A DNA stretch of 58,657 bases, filler included, from Sphacelaria rigidula (GCA_964200075.2; 5 parts of 5 records of this genome joined end to end with filler, not necessarily neighbours in it); one strand, 5' to 3'; numbered from the whole stretch's first letter, positions 14,340 to 26,029 are shown. Notes: a model not told the origin generated them from the sequence alone. Numbers and translations: made by a program.

Positions 14340-14810
14340 TCACGTGTCAATAAAAGGAATCCTGTTGAACACTGCCTTTTGGACCCTTCTCAGTCGTTTT
14401 ACGCTCAGAGAGCTAGGCAGATAGATGTTGACACCGTGGGATGACTTGCTCTACTCGTTGAGACCGTTCCAGGACAACTTTGCGTTTCCCACTACAGTAG
14501 CCGCAGTTTTATTTTTGGCCAAACTTGCATTTTGAACAACAAACGGTCGAGTGATGGAAGAACTGGCAATTTTCCCCCTGTTTTCAACCCGATTCTTGTG
14601 AAGATGTTTTTGGGGGGAAACTGCCTTCTTGGAGCTTCTGCGTCGTTTTACGCCCTAAAAGAGAACCAGGCGGATTTTGACACCTTGGAATGCCTTGCTG
14701 TACTCGTTGAGACAGTTCCAGCACACCTGTGCGTTTTCCGGTGGTCACAGTTTATTTCTTGGCCGAACTTACATTTTTCTCAGAAACCGCTCATTTTTTC
14801 AGAGACAGGT
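14340..14810. repeat. Tandem ~250-bp duplication, inverted relative to 11754-11850
   Basis: GTCGTTTTACGC...TTGACACC...TTGCT(C/G)TACTCGTTGAGAC(C/A)GTTCCAG occurs twice; its reverse complement matches the scaffold start at 11754-11850. Confidence 0.55.
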
Positions 14811-15818
14811 CAACTCCCAAAATGCGGTACCTGCAGGTATCTTCACATAAAAATACCTACAGACACCGAATTTTTATTCCAGCCGCACGTTTGTCCAGCG
14901 ACCATTCTCCAAGTCTGCGAGCCAAGCGAATCGGGAAAGTGGACTAGACTCCTCTCGGGGGGATGATGCAATGTGTCCAAGGCGCGTGACGGTGATATTC
15001 CCTGTTTGGGCCCTGTTTGGGGGCCAACAACCGTGTCAAATGTCCCAAGACTGGGAAATATGCTCCCCCCCCCCAATACCAACTGCGAGAAACGGTCTGA
15101 CCATTTGTTATTGAAGGTACAAGTTTGATCAAAACGAAACTGCGTCCTACGAGAAACACAAAGGTGTCGTGGAACTGTCTCAACAGGTGGAGAAATTCAG
15201 GGGGTGGAACGATGCAGAAGGATAAAAAAGGCAGTTTTCAACAAGATTTGTTTCTGGCTCGTAAAAGGTGCTCCAAGGCGGGTTTTTATCGGAGCCAATT
15301 CATTGCTTCCCTCAAAATCATTTTCGAAACGTATTATCTGCACAACAATGGATTTAAGCCTCATCAAAACAGTTCTTGTCTAGATCGAAATCTCCAGGTT
15401 TGGAATTGGGCGGTTCTGGGAGTGGTCGTTGGTCCAACATCTTTGTACTACTACGGACAAGACACAACAAGGGAACACAACACCTACACACCAAGCCCCG
15501 AAAAGACACATACAGATACACACCCCTCACGTGCATTAGCTCCAACGCTAGCCCTTGCTCATCTACACGCGGTAATGTTTGCTTGACGGAAATCTGTTCT
15601 GTATTGGGGGAAGGGCGGCCGCGTGCGTGTCGAATTAAAATCGAAACGTGCCGTCGCTGACCGCTCATTTGCGTGTGCTGTGCGCGCGTCTCACACAAAT
15701 TGTCGTTTCTCATCGAATTCTGGAGAGAATTGAGCGTTGTCACGCACGACGTGCTCAGCTGATTAACAGCTACTGCTCGAGCTTTGTGTTTTTGATTCGG
15801 GGGGAGGGGGGGGGGGGC

Positions 15819-16027
15819 GGGGGGGTGTACTCATGATCATGCATGCCATAGTGTTGAGACCATTGACCTCGCATCCCTACAATGCCGGGACGGAGCACGC
15901 CGGGTTTTCGCCGGACCAGGCTTGCATTCAAACAAACCACCAAGCGCGAAGCGCCGTGGCGTGTTCGGCGAGTCGCATGAAGAGTGAGCTGCATCCTGCT
16001 AAGTTGTTCGGCCCGAAGCCTACTGGT
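15819..16027 (-). mobile_element. G-run-anchored structured short interspersed repeat, copy A
   Basis: GGGGGTGTACTCATGATCATGCATGCCATAG...GGCCCGAAGCCTAC; related copies at 16837, 46796 and 56402. Confidence 0.7.
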
Positions 16028-16836
16028 TATCGTGCATTTGGATGGCAGCCGCCTACAATGAGTTGCTTTATTCTGTGGTATCGCCACTTCCAGAGACAGC
16101 CACGGCTGTTACGCTGCCTCATGGGTGTCTGGGGGGGTAGGGGGCGGGCAATGAGTTCCTCGGGTTCGTCTCCGATTGTGTTGAGTTGTGTGTCAAGCCC
16201 TTGCATGTGCCCCTGTCAATGGGGCATTTCTATTCCTCTTCGGGTTGAGGACACAATCGTTTTTGCACAAATGATTTTGGGGCACCTTTTGGGGGGCGAG
16301 GGGGAGGGGGGGGGGGTGACAACCAATCACAGGTGATTTTTCCTAAAACGGTTTTCTGGAAACGATCAAGTGTCTCCGAAAAGAACCCGCCTAAGGCCCC
16401 TCGATCGCCTAAGGCCCCTCGATCGTGTGAAATGTCCTTGATCGTTTTAGCGCCCGCGGCCTGCTGTGGCTCCTGACGGTCCTTCGGAGGATGGAGATGT
16501 TATAGACGAGCAACAACGTAGTGGGAGGCGCCCGGGCTCTGAAACGATGCTGCGCACTTTCTGTGTTGACCAGTAGGTGCGCAGCAGCGTAAAATGCTTG
16601 AGCAGCAAAATTGAGGTTTTGTTGCAGTATAGCTTGTGCGTGTGCAAGTAATGTATCGAACAGGATGGCTGGGTTCCGTACGCCTTCCTGTCCAGCTTAC
16701 GCTGCCGTCGGCGCTTACAACAGCGGAGACGCATGCGGGATTTCAGAGCCTTTGCGTGTATTTTGTTCGCACAGCGGGCGCTTCAGTCTTGATTAGTCTC
16801 GGGTGTGTCCATCATGTCACCACGGCAGGATCCCTG

Positions 16837-17075
16837 TAGGATGTACTCATGATCATGCATGCCATAGGCATAAGACCATTGACCTCGCATCCCTGCAAAG
16901 CGGGGACGGAGCACGCCGGGTTTTCGCCGGACCAGACTCGCTCTCGATCACCAAGCGCGAAGCGCCGTGGCGTGTTCGGCCAGTCGCATGGAAGGTGNNN
17001 NNNNNNNGTGTGTTCGGCGAGTCGCATGAAGGGTGAGCTGCACCCTGCTGAGATTGTTCGGCCCGAAGCCTACCG
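16837..17075 (-). mobile_element. Same repeat, copy B, with 13-bp TSD
   Basis: Flanked by GGCAGGATCCCTG at 16824-16836 and 17076-17088; contains a 10-N gap at 16998-17007. Confidence 0.7.
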
Positions 17076-17660
17076 GGCAGGATCCCTGGGGGGTCAGTTA
17101 AAGTACGACAATCAATCAAGGATTAATCAATCAACCCCGAAACAAGGAAGAACACCGTGAACAATAGCTAGTGAATAATCGCAACTTAAAAAAGGGTGTG
17201 TTGCGTAGAGGTTTGCCTATTGCGCCCACCTCGGCTATACTGTACGCAATACATCGTTTCTGTTGCAAGTTTCGACCACATTTTGCCGAGGGTGTGAAGT
17301 ATTTTTTCTGGGCCACCCGTTCTTCCGTGGAGAAGCGTGATCGACCTCACTCCGACCCACCATTTGATGCGCAGCCGACATGCGACAAGCTTTCATTTCT
17401 ATCAGTAGCTGCTAGAAGTAGACCTTTCCAGCAACGCTAGCCTGGATCCGAGGGTGGTCGTTGCTGGGTAGCTATCGAATTTTCCACCACCGGCGGCTCC
17501 CCACCCTTTTCTATCGTGAAAAACTTTTTCTCGGCATACGCAACTCCACTGCTCATTTGAGAAACTGCCCCCTGCGCTCTCCACGTGCACGATCGAAAAG
17601 TGATTTCGTGTTTCTTGACGGTACAAAAACACAAGAAGTTGGTATTTTTTCCCCCTCAAG

Positions 17661-17710
17661 ATATTCTATGTATGTACGTGTTACCGTAAGGAGGGATCTT
17701 GTAATGTGCG
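17661..17710 (+). CDS. Candidate small exon (IFYVCTCYRKEGSCNV), possibly end of S1 of the same channel gene
   Basis: Polypyrimidine tract plus AG acceptor, GTAAG donor; phase compatible with exon 22069-22195. Assignment is speculative. Confidence 0.25.
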
Positions 17711-18549
17711 GTAAGAAGTATACGCCTGGACGATGTGGGGTGTGGTTGTGACGGTAGTGCTTGCGCTATATGGGAACAGCGGTACCGTAGGACGCGTTCG
17801 GAGTTAAGGAGCGACCTTACATCCACAAGATATTGACTCCACGAACAGCGACCCCGGCACCGCATACAAACTGAACGCACGCATACATATATACGTATGA
17901 GGTCTCAAAATACTGCCGCACAGTGCGATGGTACGGTTACGGTGCACGTGGTGAACATGTACTGTTACACTGACAATGCGTTGACTCACGGGTGGTGACG
18001 CGAGACCTCACTGGCGTCGCCTTGGTTGCCTACTTGTGGAGGATAGTCCCGAGGCTCTCTGGGTGTTTGGTGCTTATCAGTGGACATTCGATTATTTGGG
18101 GTGAAATTCGATCCCAAAGTAACCGTTTTCAAATATGTTTTTTTTCTTTTCTTCTTCCGTTAGATTCCCGAGCTGATGGCGGTTACCACAATTTTGAAGC
18201 ACGTGGAGAGTGAGTAAGAAATGGTATTAGAAATTAGTATATTGTATTTCAGAACAAATTGAAGGCTGCTGATTGGTCGAGGCACTTTTTCGCCCTTGAC
18301 GTGACCGCCTTGGCCTTGAACAAAAAATTCGGTCATGTCATTCTCTTCAATTGTCCTTGGCTGTCAGCATGATACCATGGATGCGACTATTGCGAGAGGC
18401 ATTCGCTGATGAGTGTATCTGGGGTGTTCACCGTGAACCAGCCTGTATGAGGGACGAGACGATAGGACAGAGGGTTTCGCCGCCCTTAGTTCGCTGCCTC
18501 TGTTTCGGAAATACCCGAATATAGTGATGGAGGGATACCCGTCGCCAGC

Positions 18550-18667
18550 AGGAACGGCCATACCACGTCGATAGCACCACATCCCGTCCGCTCTGAGAGG
18601 TTGGGCGTCGTCGGACCAGGCTAGTACCACGGTGGGGGACCACGTGGGAAGCCCTGGTGCTGCTCCT
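18550..18667 (+). rRNA. 5S rRNA gene, solitary, probably pseudogenic
   Basis: 118 nt AGGAACGGCCATACC...GCACCACATCCCGTCCGCTCT...TAGTAC...GGGACCACGTGGGAAGCCCTGGTGCTGCTCCT with complementary ends, followed by a T-run. Substitutions in the conserved GAAGTTAAGC and TAGTACT motifs. Confidence 0.88.
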
Positions 18668-18768
18668 TTTGCTTCTATGTGCAGTCTCTCTCCTACAGTA
18701 CTGCTTTTGCTCGTCCTCGTAGAAGCAAAAGGACGTGTCTTTGACCACTTTTTACGTGAGCACAAATA

Positions 18769-19014
18769 GCCGGTCGCCCCGGTAGCTCAGATGGTAACCT
18801 CAAAACCTTCTCACGGTTGAGTCGTGGGTTCGAATCTCGATGCAGTCACACGATCTGGGATTTTCTCTCACACCATGCCCAACAGTGGGCAGCGACTACA
18901 ATATGCCGTGGGTACACGGAAAATTCGTCTTTACGGTCGACGAGGGAAAGGGACCGCTGAACCCCTCGCGCAATAAAAAACAAGGCAAGCACCGCCGAAG
19001 AAAGGTAGAGTACT
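18769..19014 (+). mobile_element. tRNA-derived SINE copy 3 (3'-truncated)
   Basis: GCCGGTCGCCCCGGTAGCTCAGATGG...GGGTTCGAATCTCG; similarity to the other copies ends at about 19014. Confidence 0.78.
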
Positions 19015-19297
19015 TAGAGTTATTTCGACCAGGGAAATATTTCTACAAAAGTTCTCGCTTCAACTGCGTCGTTCTAGTTGAGGCACCGTTGAAATGCCGC
19101 CAAAGCTGTCGAGAACGGGGCCCTGGTGATCATTGCAGTCCATGAGACTGTTATGTTGAGGAAGCGAACAGTTTGCTTCCCGAACACGTTATAATATTTT
19201 TTTAAAGCTTCCACGTTTTACTGTAGTAACCCTTTGACCGCGAGCATAGGTCATCTGTTGCATCAGCATCAATTTTACTTGAAAGATTTCTGGATAA

Positions 19298-19637
19298 CCG
19301 GTCGCCCCCGGTGGCTCAGTTGGTAACCTCGAAATCCTCTGACGGTTGAAACGTGGGTTTGAATCTCGGTGAAGACACACCATCTGGGATTTTTTCTCGC
19401 ATCATGCCCAAGAGTGGAGAGCGACCTTGTCGTTGGTACGCAAAGTTCGACTTCACGGTCGACGAGGGAAAGGGACCGCTGAACTCTTCTCTCGATAAAA
19501 TCAAAGGCAAGCACCGCAGGAAGGTGTGGCATTCCTGTGTTGACCTTCCTCCTGTGAGCCCGGGTGATGTGCCCGCGTATACATACCGAAAGGTGTAGAC
19601 TGGCGTGCAGAATACATGTAATGACACTACACACACA
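19298..19637 (+). mobile_element. tRNA-derived SINE copy 4
   Basis: A box TGGCTCAGTTGG, B box GGTTTGAATC, shared body, ACACACACA tail. Confidence 0.8.
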
Positions 19638-20767
19638 TAGCCAGATGACCTGCCCCTCGCGGTCAACGGGTTGATCCCCCAGAATGTCGCTACAGACAGC
19701 CCGCACTCTGCCCGCGAGGGCTACGAGGTCAAGTGGGTTTCCCGATAATATTGGACTTCACCAACGTCGTTTCTCTTAAGCACCTGAGTGAGTTTAATAC
19801 AGCGCGAAGATGCCTCTGGCGATAAAAACACCATGATCCACGACGAGTATAGCGCGTCTCTTGATACAGTCTGTATCACGTTTTCTTTTTTTCCCAACCA
19901 ACGGACACCGTCATCAGGACTAGATTTCGATCAACTCTTTGAGCTGTTTTCACGTCGGTTCCTTGAAAATCTGAAAGGAAATCGCATGAAGAAGAGCCCT
20001 TGCCATGGAGCCCTCGTGATCACGAGAGTAAATGAAGACCTTTGAGTCCTCCTGTAGAATCTTTACGTTTTTAGGTCGAATACGATATATGTAAATCACT
20101 GTCTGTAGACAGTGTGCGTCGATGCAACTGCCCCTTTGAAAATGACGTAAAGGGGTGGTCGAGAGGACTATCATAGATATCCTCGGAGAGTTGACTTATT
20201 TTTATCGCATCGTACCGTCTACTACCCGAATGAAATGGCGTAACGAACCTCTTGCGCTAGATACCCAGTCATGTGCATAGTAGGCGAAGGCCTCTAAACA
20301 AATGTAGAAACTCTTGTCACGCGAACGCAGTAAGCACTGTGGACACTGCCAGGTGGGTTCGCTGAAAAGGCTGATACACGGCAGCGTCGAAAACCCCCGA
20401 GCGTTCTCGTCGCCCATTAACTCTGTCAAAATCTCAGCCATTGGATCCCCTCTTCGCGGGCAATGTGTGCCAGCATTTATCCCAGTCGCGCGCGGGCATT
20501 GAATTATATGCAATTTGATACGCTTAAACACGGAACTGCCTAGATCCAAGCAATGGTTTTTGACGTACGTCACACCTAAGGTGGAGGCGTTTAATCGGCG
20601 CAAACAGATGTCAAGGCGTTCCCAGGCGCACAGCTGACGATCTCCTGGGGTGGTGCATGTTTTTTTTGCACGTTTACGTGCGTTCATATCCAGTCAACGC
20701 GGCAGTGTGTATTCTGTGCTGTATGGGAGCAGTTTTACTGGGGTACAGGAAGAGGATGGGCACCTGA

Positions 20768-21123
20768 GTGTGTGTATGTGTGTGTTGTCGTCCCATCTCT
20801 TCTGGACGCCGGTCTACACCTTTCGGTATATGTGGGCGCACCAGCTGGGGTCACAGGAGGAAGGCCAACACAAGAGTTTTTTCTTTGTTTTTGTACTCTT
20901 GTCTTCCTTCTGCGGTGCTTGCCTTTATTTCTCTATCGCGAGAGGGGTTCAGCAGTTCCTTTCCATCGTCCACCGTTCAGTCGACTTTTGTGTACCCACG
21001 ACATGGTCGCTCTCCACTGTTGGGTATTGTGTGGGAAAAAATACCAGATCGCTCCGAGATTCGAACCCTTGACCCAACCATCAGAAGGTTTCGAGGTTAC
21101 CAACTGAGCCACCGGGGCGACCG
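20768..21123 (-). mobile_element. tRNA-derived SINE copy 5
   Basis: (TG)n tail at 20768; minus-strand head CGGTCGCCCCGGTGGCTCAGTTGG...GGTTCGAATCTCGG. Confidence 0.82.
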
Positions 21124-22068
21124 AATGTCATTTATCAAGTTGATCTGATTCGGTTGGCCGGTGAAACGTGCTGTGATCAGGCGGTGCGTGTGCCTGTGGT
21201 ATGGTATTTTAGTGCAAGATTTTGTCCATAAGACAATATCTTGACGCAGCATATATTACTGTACCGCCATATATACATGTGTGCATGTGCTTTTACGCAA
21301 TAAGACCTTGTCCACCTCAAGCCATGTTGCAGAGGCCGATAGACCATCTCTCGCTCTTTTGTTTTGTCTTCCGTTTTTATTTTTCATGTTTTTTGTTTTT
21401 CGAGTCTACTCTGTTCATCTGTTCTCCTTTCCTGTTTTCTCTACGTTGCTTCAGCGAGTCGTTCCGTTTCGTTCACCTTGGCTACAATACGTCTCTCTTG
21501 TGGATAATGACCACGACTGGGTTCCTCGTGGATCAGCTCATGTGTACGACAGCCAATCAAATCAACCAATGTATCCATCTATCGATACATAGATGTCGTG
21601 ATGCGAAGGAGGTATTATACTGCTCATATGCGTAGGTGCGATCACGGTTCAGCCTGGCAATTACGATCACAAAACCTACGACAGCGCAACGGCTGCTGCC
21701 TCATGTTATGACATACGGTCATCCTGTCTCATTTGCTGTACGACATCGGGTAGTGAGACTCGGGTCGCACCAATGCAGCAGCACAGCACACCCTCTGCGC
21801 GTGGGTGGATATGCCTGCGTTTGGGTGTGTGAGTATTCTTGCGTGAATGTGGGCGGTGTGCTTCTGCAATTCGGGGCAATACCTTCGAGCTGATCTCGTG
21901 TCAGACCCACCACAAAACCACCGTATATTCACAGTGCGGACCTGCTTGTCCATGGCTCAGCAGCGAATTCAAGAACCAAAGCTATCCTTTCCCCCCCTCC
22001 CCCTCTCTCCCCCCTCCCTCCTTGCTGCGCGAATCGATTTACGGGTATGACCGGAAACGGGCAAACAG

Positions 22069-22195
22069 ATTTTTCCTGTGCAATTACGCTCTTTGCTTCT
22101 ATCTGGCTCGGGACAAACGGTGGTATCTCGTCTCCTTCCAGGCCATCGTGGACTTGGTGACCATCGTACCTTCCTATGCTCTTCTTCCCCTCGAG
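22069..22195 (+). CDS. Internal exon of a Slo/BK-type (Ca-activated) potassium channel-like gene, S2-S3 region
   Basis: CAG|...|GT boundaries. FFLCNYALCFYLARDKRWYLVSFQAIVDLVTIVPSY resembles the Slo S2-S3 pattern FFxxYxxxRFxxAxDKxxFxxxxxSxVDxxTVPP. Confidence 0.65.
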
Positions 22196-22394
22196 GTACA
22201 CCCGTCCCCCCGCAGGAGCAATCCATGGATAGCAAGCACAGTGACCACGTAGGCTATTCGCAACGACCAGCAGCAGAGTACTGCGATTGGTAGCCCTTCG
22301 AGAGTAGGCAACGGTCAAAGGGCGGGAGCATAACGACGGACAAGAGAGTACAACGACCGATGCGGGGAAACAAGTACGATCAAGAGACAAAGAC

Positions 22395-22443
22395 AGAGAG
22401 AGATAGAGATAGAGATAGAGATAGAGATAGAGAGAGAGAGAGA
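22395..22443. repeat. (GAGATA)n/(GA)n microsatellite
   Basis: Directly visible tandem units. Confidence 0.9.
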
Positions 22444-22576
22444 ACCACGGGGCATTTCTGGAAATTCGAATGAATTTCCCAAGGCCGTGTTCCGTAGGGA
22501 CAGAGACAGGCAGACAGACAGTCAGAGATAGAGAGAGAGGCACAGGGCATTCCCGGGAATTCGAATAGATTTTCCA

Positions 22577-22766
22577 AGGCTGTGTTCCGTAGGGTATACC
22601 GGCTGAAATTCGGGTACTTGCAGAAGAATAAAATGGGTGTATTATCGGGAAATACCCTCTCGATACACTGGCGAACCATACCGGAATGTTCGGTACACAT
22701 TCCGGTATGGTTAGTATGTCACCCGAATATCACCCACCTCCGGGGTTACCCTATGGAACACAACCT
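22577..22766. mobile_element. MITE with AGG(C/T)TGTGTTCC TIRs (family shared with 54367-54933 and 55539-56112)
   Basis: Left AGGCTGTGTTCCGTAGGGTA versus reverse complement of right end AGGTTGTGTTCCATAGGGTA. Confidence 0.7.
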
Positions 22767-23406
22767 TGATTTTTCATTTTCACACCCGTTCGTCATCTAC
22801 TACGTGGCACATAAGCTGTAACTTACCGTATAAAGATGGAGAACAAACGAAAAATAAGCCGCAGAAGCTTTCGGCAGGTGTAGTGCATCATATCGATGCC
22901 AGCGTAGAAAGTTGTTTGCGAATCAGAGCAGTGAATAGCTGTACTTGAATTAAAAAATACGCCGTTGCGATCCATCTGTTTTGTGTTCCGACCCCTGAAA
23001 AAAATCACGTTGCTGCACGCTCCGCATCGTATAACCTTGATCCGACCCTTTGCCTCCGTCCGCTTCCTTCGCCATCGGCCGCCCATACTGCTCACGTGCG
23101 TGTTACGGGCTGTATCGCCGTCCGTCAAACTGTGACGTTGTTCACAGCAAGAGTGGCAGGCGGCAAGGGGTTCGTTTTTTGGAGTCTACAGGGGTCTGAA
23201 AATCACGCGTATCATTCGTTTGGCCAGACTGCTGCGGGCCATCACCTTCTTCAGCGGAGGGCCCGCGTTGGCCTTCGATCGACCAAGGTGAATACTAAAA
23301 GAGGGGATGAATGTGAGGGCAGGGTGGCCCCTCGGGGGGGGGGGGGGGGGGTTTCGGGGGGTAATTCTTTGGTTTGAAAATATTTTTTAAAAGCGTTGTT
23401 TTTCTT

Positions 23407-23506
23407 NNNNNNNNNNNNNNNNNNNNNNNNNNNNNNNNNNNNNNNNNNNNTTAATTAATTAANNNNNNNNNNNNNNNNNNNNNNNNNNNNNNNNNNNNNN
23501 NNNNNN
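23407..23506. other. Artificial scaffold spacer
   Basis: Same 44N-TTAATTAATTAA-44N spacer. Confidence 0.97.
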
Positions 23507-23559
23507 CTAGACTACTGACAAGTCAGCGCTGACTTGTCAGTAGTCTAGTTGGTTGTCTC

Positions 23560-23905
23560 TTAAACCGTCACAGGGCTTTCAAAGGGAAAATGGATGTTGT
23601 TTTGGCACTTATTTATCCAAGTTACCGGATTAATTTTTAGAATTGTGATTCGGAACTTGGCATAATGAATCCCAAAGGTATGCTGAAAACAAAGGTAAGT
23701 GGGCCTTCATTTCTTTTGGTTAGCTAAGGGAGGTCTCGTGGAAAATTGGTCTTTACTGTGCTAAAACGGCCTTAACTTCTGCGAAAAAAGTTCAACCTGT
23801 GCTATATATTTGTTCATCATACCCTAGCGAGATCCCGCACAAATTTCAAAGCACAAGCACCAAACCTTGGCCGGCAAGTGGCCTGCAAAATATTGTTCCG
23901 AAATT

Positions 23906-23952
<47 letters not shown>

Positions 23953-25262
23953 ACACCCCATCATTCTATTTTCCTTCTACTTCAGGGGATGTTGNNNNNN
24001 NNNNCCCCACGAGAGCCCCCACAAAATTCCAAACACAAAGCCCCAACCCTTGGCCGGAAAGGGGCCTGAAAAAATTTTTCCCCAAATTTCCCCCCCCCCC
24101 CCCCCCGGTTTATAAATCGACCCGCCTAACCTCAATTTCTAGAGTTGGATTCCCAATTCGGCGTGGAGAATTGTTAGGGTGCAATAAAAATAAGGATTTG
24201 GGTCAACGAGTTTATCTTCATGAGTAAACAACATGTTATTGAAAACTGGATACTGGTTATTGCCTTCAACTCATGGGGGGGAAGAAATCATCGTGCCGAT
24301 TTTTTTCGGTATGCCCTACGAGCTGGGCCAGCCTAGAGGCGGGTTTGAAGTGTGCAGGCCCATACTCCGGCCAATATTTAGGGTTGGAGCGTAAAATTTG
24401 GTATGGACAATGCATAGGGCATGAAAAACAATTATATCGGTACCAAAAGGTGTTCTTTTTTTTTCATGAGTGGAGGGCATTATACTGATTACCTGAAAAC
24501 TGATGCCCTCAACTCATGACAAACAAAAAACCCTTTTGGTACCGACGTAATTTTTTTTCATGCCCTATGCATTGTCCATACCAAATTTTACGCTCCAACT
24601 CTGAATATTGGCCGGAGCATGAGCCTTTCAAAACCCGGGTCGGTAGAAATTCGGAACAGTATTTCGCAGGCCACTCACTGGCCCACGTTTGGTTTCGTGT
24701 ACTGAAATTTTGTGTGGATGCTCTCTAAGGTATGAGTAACAAACCTGAGTGGGTCAGGTATTTTTCAACGTTTTTTTCCACTGGTTTAGGGCGTTCTAGT
24801 ATGGTAAAGACCATTTCTTCACGAGAACCCCCTAACCTCCACGAAAAAAAAAAAATGAAGGCCCATTTGTTTTTATTCGGCACACTTTAGTAGTTCTCCA
24901 TGCTACGTTTCAAATCACAATTCTGAAATTGAGCTAAAACATTGAGATGAAGCATAAGAGCAATGCTCATTTCTCCTCACAACTCCACTAAAAACACGAA
25001 AAAAAGTGAAAAAGATGAAAAAAAACGGAAAAAAGGTAACAAGATATTCTTTTATTTTATTATGTACTAGCGATCTGCCATACGAAATTCCATAGAACAA
25101 CTCTCGAAAACTGAGACGCGATATCCAAATTCAGGGCATCTAGTGCCTCTGCTAGTAATATATTGATTTTAGTATGGGAAATCATGTGCGCCATATCTCG
25201 AGATAGATGACGAAAAAGGTGAAGGTGAGGGTATCTATCATCATCCCGTGCTCCAGGGAATG
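23560..25262. mobile_element. Foldback / long-TIR non-autonomous element centred near 24490
   Basis: Successive inverted matches: 24355-24480 vs 24503-24625; 23820-23905 vs 24645-24745; 23700-23775 vs 24785-24868; 23630-23665 vs 24900-24932. Confidence 0.7.
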
Positions 25263-26029
25263 TCCACACCAATCAATTCGTCATCCCCTGAACGCATCGA
25301 TCGGGGGTTTCATAGATATTTTAGTATGGACGCCATCTCCGGTAGTTATAGGAATTACTAAACATGGGGTTTAATCAAGGAGAAAATATGGGCCCAAACC
25401 TTTGAGCAGATGGGCACCTTCGCCTTGGTTAGACGAGTAATACGATATGCGGATCACGGCCCAACTCGTCTGTGTCAATGAGATATTGTTTTTAGAGCTT
25501 AAATCCGTTTTTAGGCTGACCCAGCTCGTATTCATTCTCCGTACAAAGTTTGAAAGCCCACTCTGAAAGTTGAGGTGAGGCAGGCAAACTACAGATTCGC
25601 GTCTAGGCTGGACCAGCTCATAGCCATGTAGTAAGTGCGGTATGTTGAGTTAACGCTGTCGAGCGACTGCTTTTGGGCCAAAGGGTGTCGAGGTATACCT
25701 GACCGTGTCGCTTACACGTGGCTTTTTCTACCCTGGATTTAATATTTCTGCGTGCATACAATGTGACTGTTATCCTCGTCAACGAGGTCATGTTTGCTCA
25801 TCTGTCCGTCGCCCGGTGTTTCCCGTAGGAGTGATGTGTCTCTGGCTCGTTCTGCTCCTGTCGTCAAACATGCCAATTGTACGTCTCTCGTGTGTAGCGT
25901 AGCGAGGTATCCATGGCGACGTGCGTTAATGGTGAATTTCGCTATACCCTCGAAAAGTCGATTGTGCACTTCGGCACCTGCGTATTGGACTACCCACGAC
26001 TTGTTTGAGCCCCGACTTGTCCTCTGCAG

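Noticed and set aside
16388..16423. Exact 18-bp tandem duplication CGCCTAAGGCCCCTCGAT
   Set aside because: A simple slippage or repair duplication with no further structure.
19298..19370. tRNA-like heads as true tRNA genes
   Set aside because: They have no proper acceptor or anticodon arms and are always fused to the same downstream body, so they are SINE heads.
23908..24106. Poly-C runs, poly-proline ORFs and the apparent duplication around the 10-N gap
   Set aside because: The duplication flanks a gap and shows homopolymer inflation, so it is likely a read or assembly artefact.
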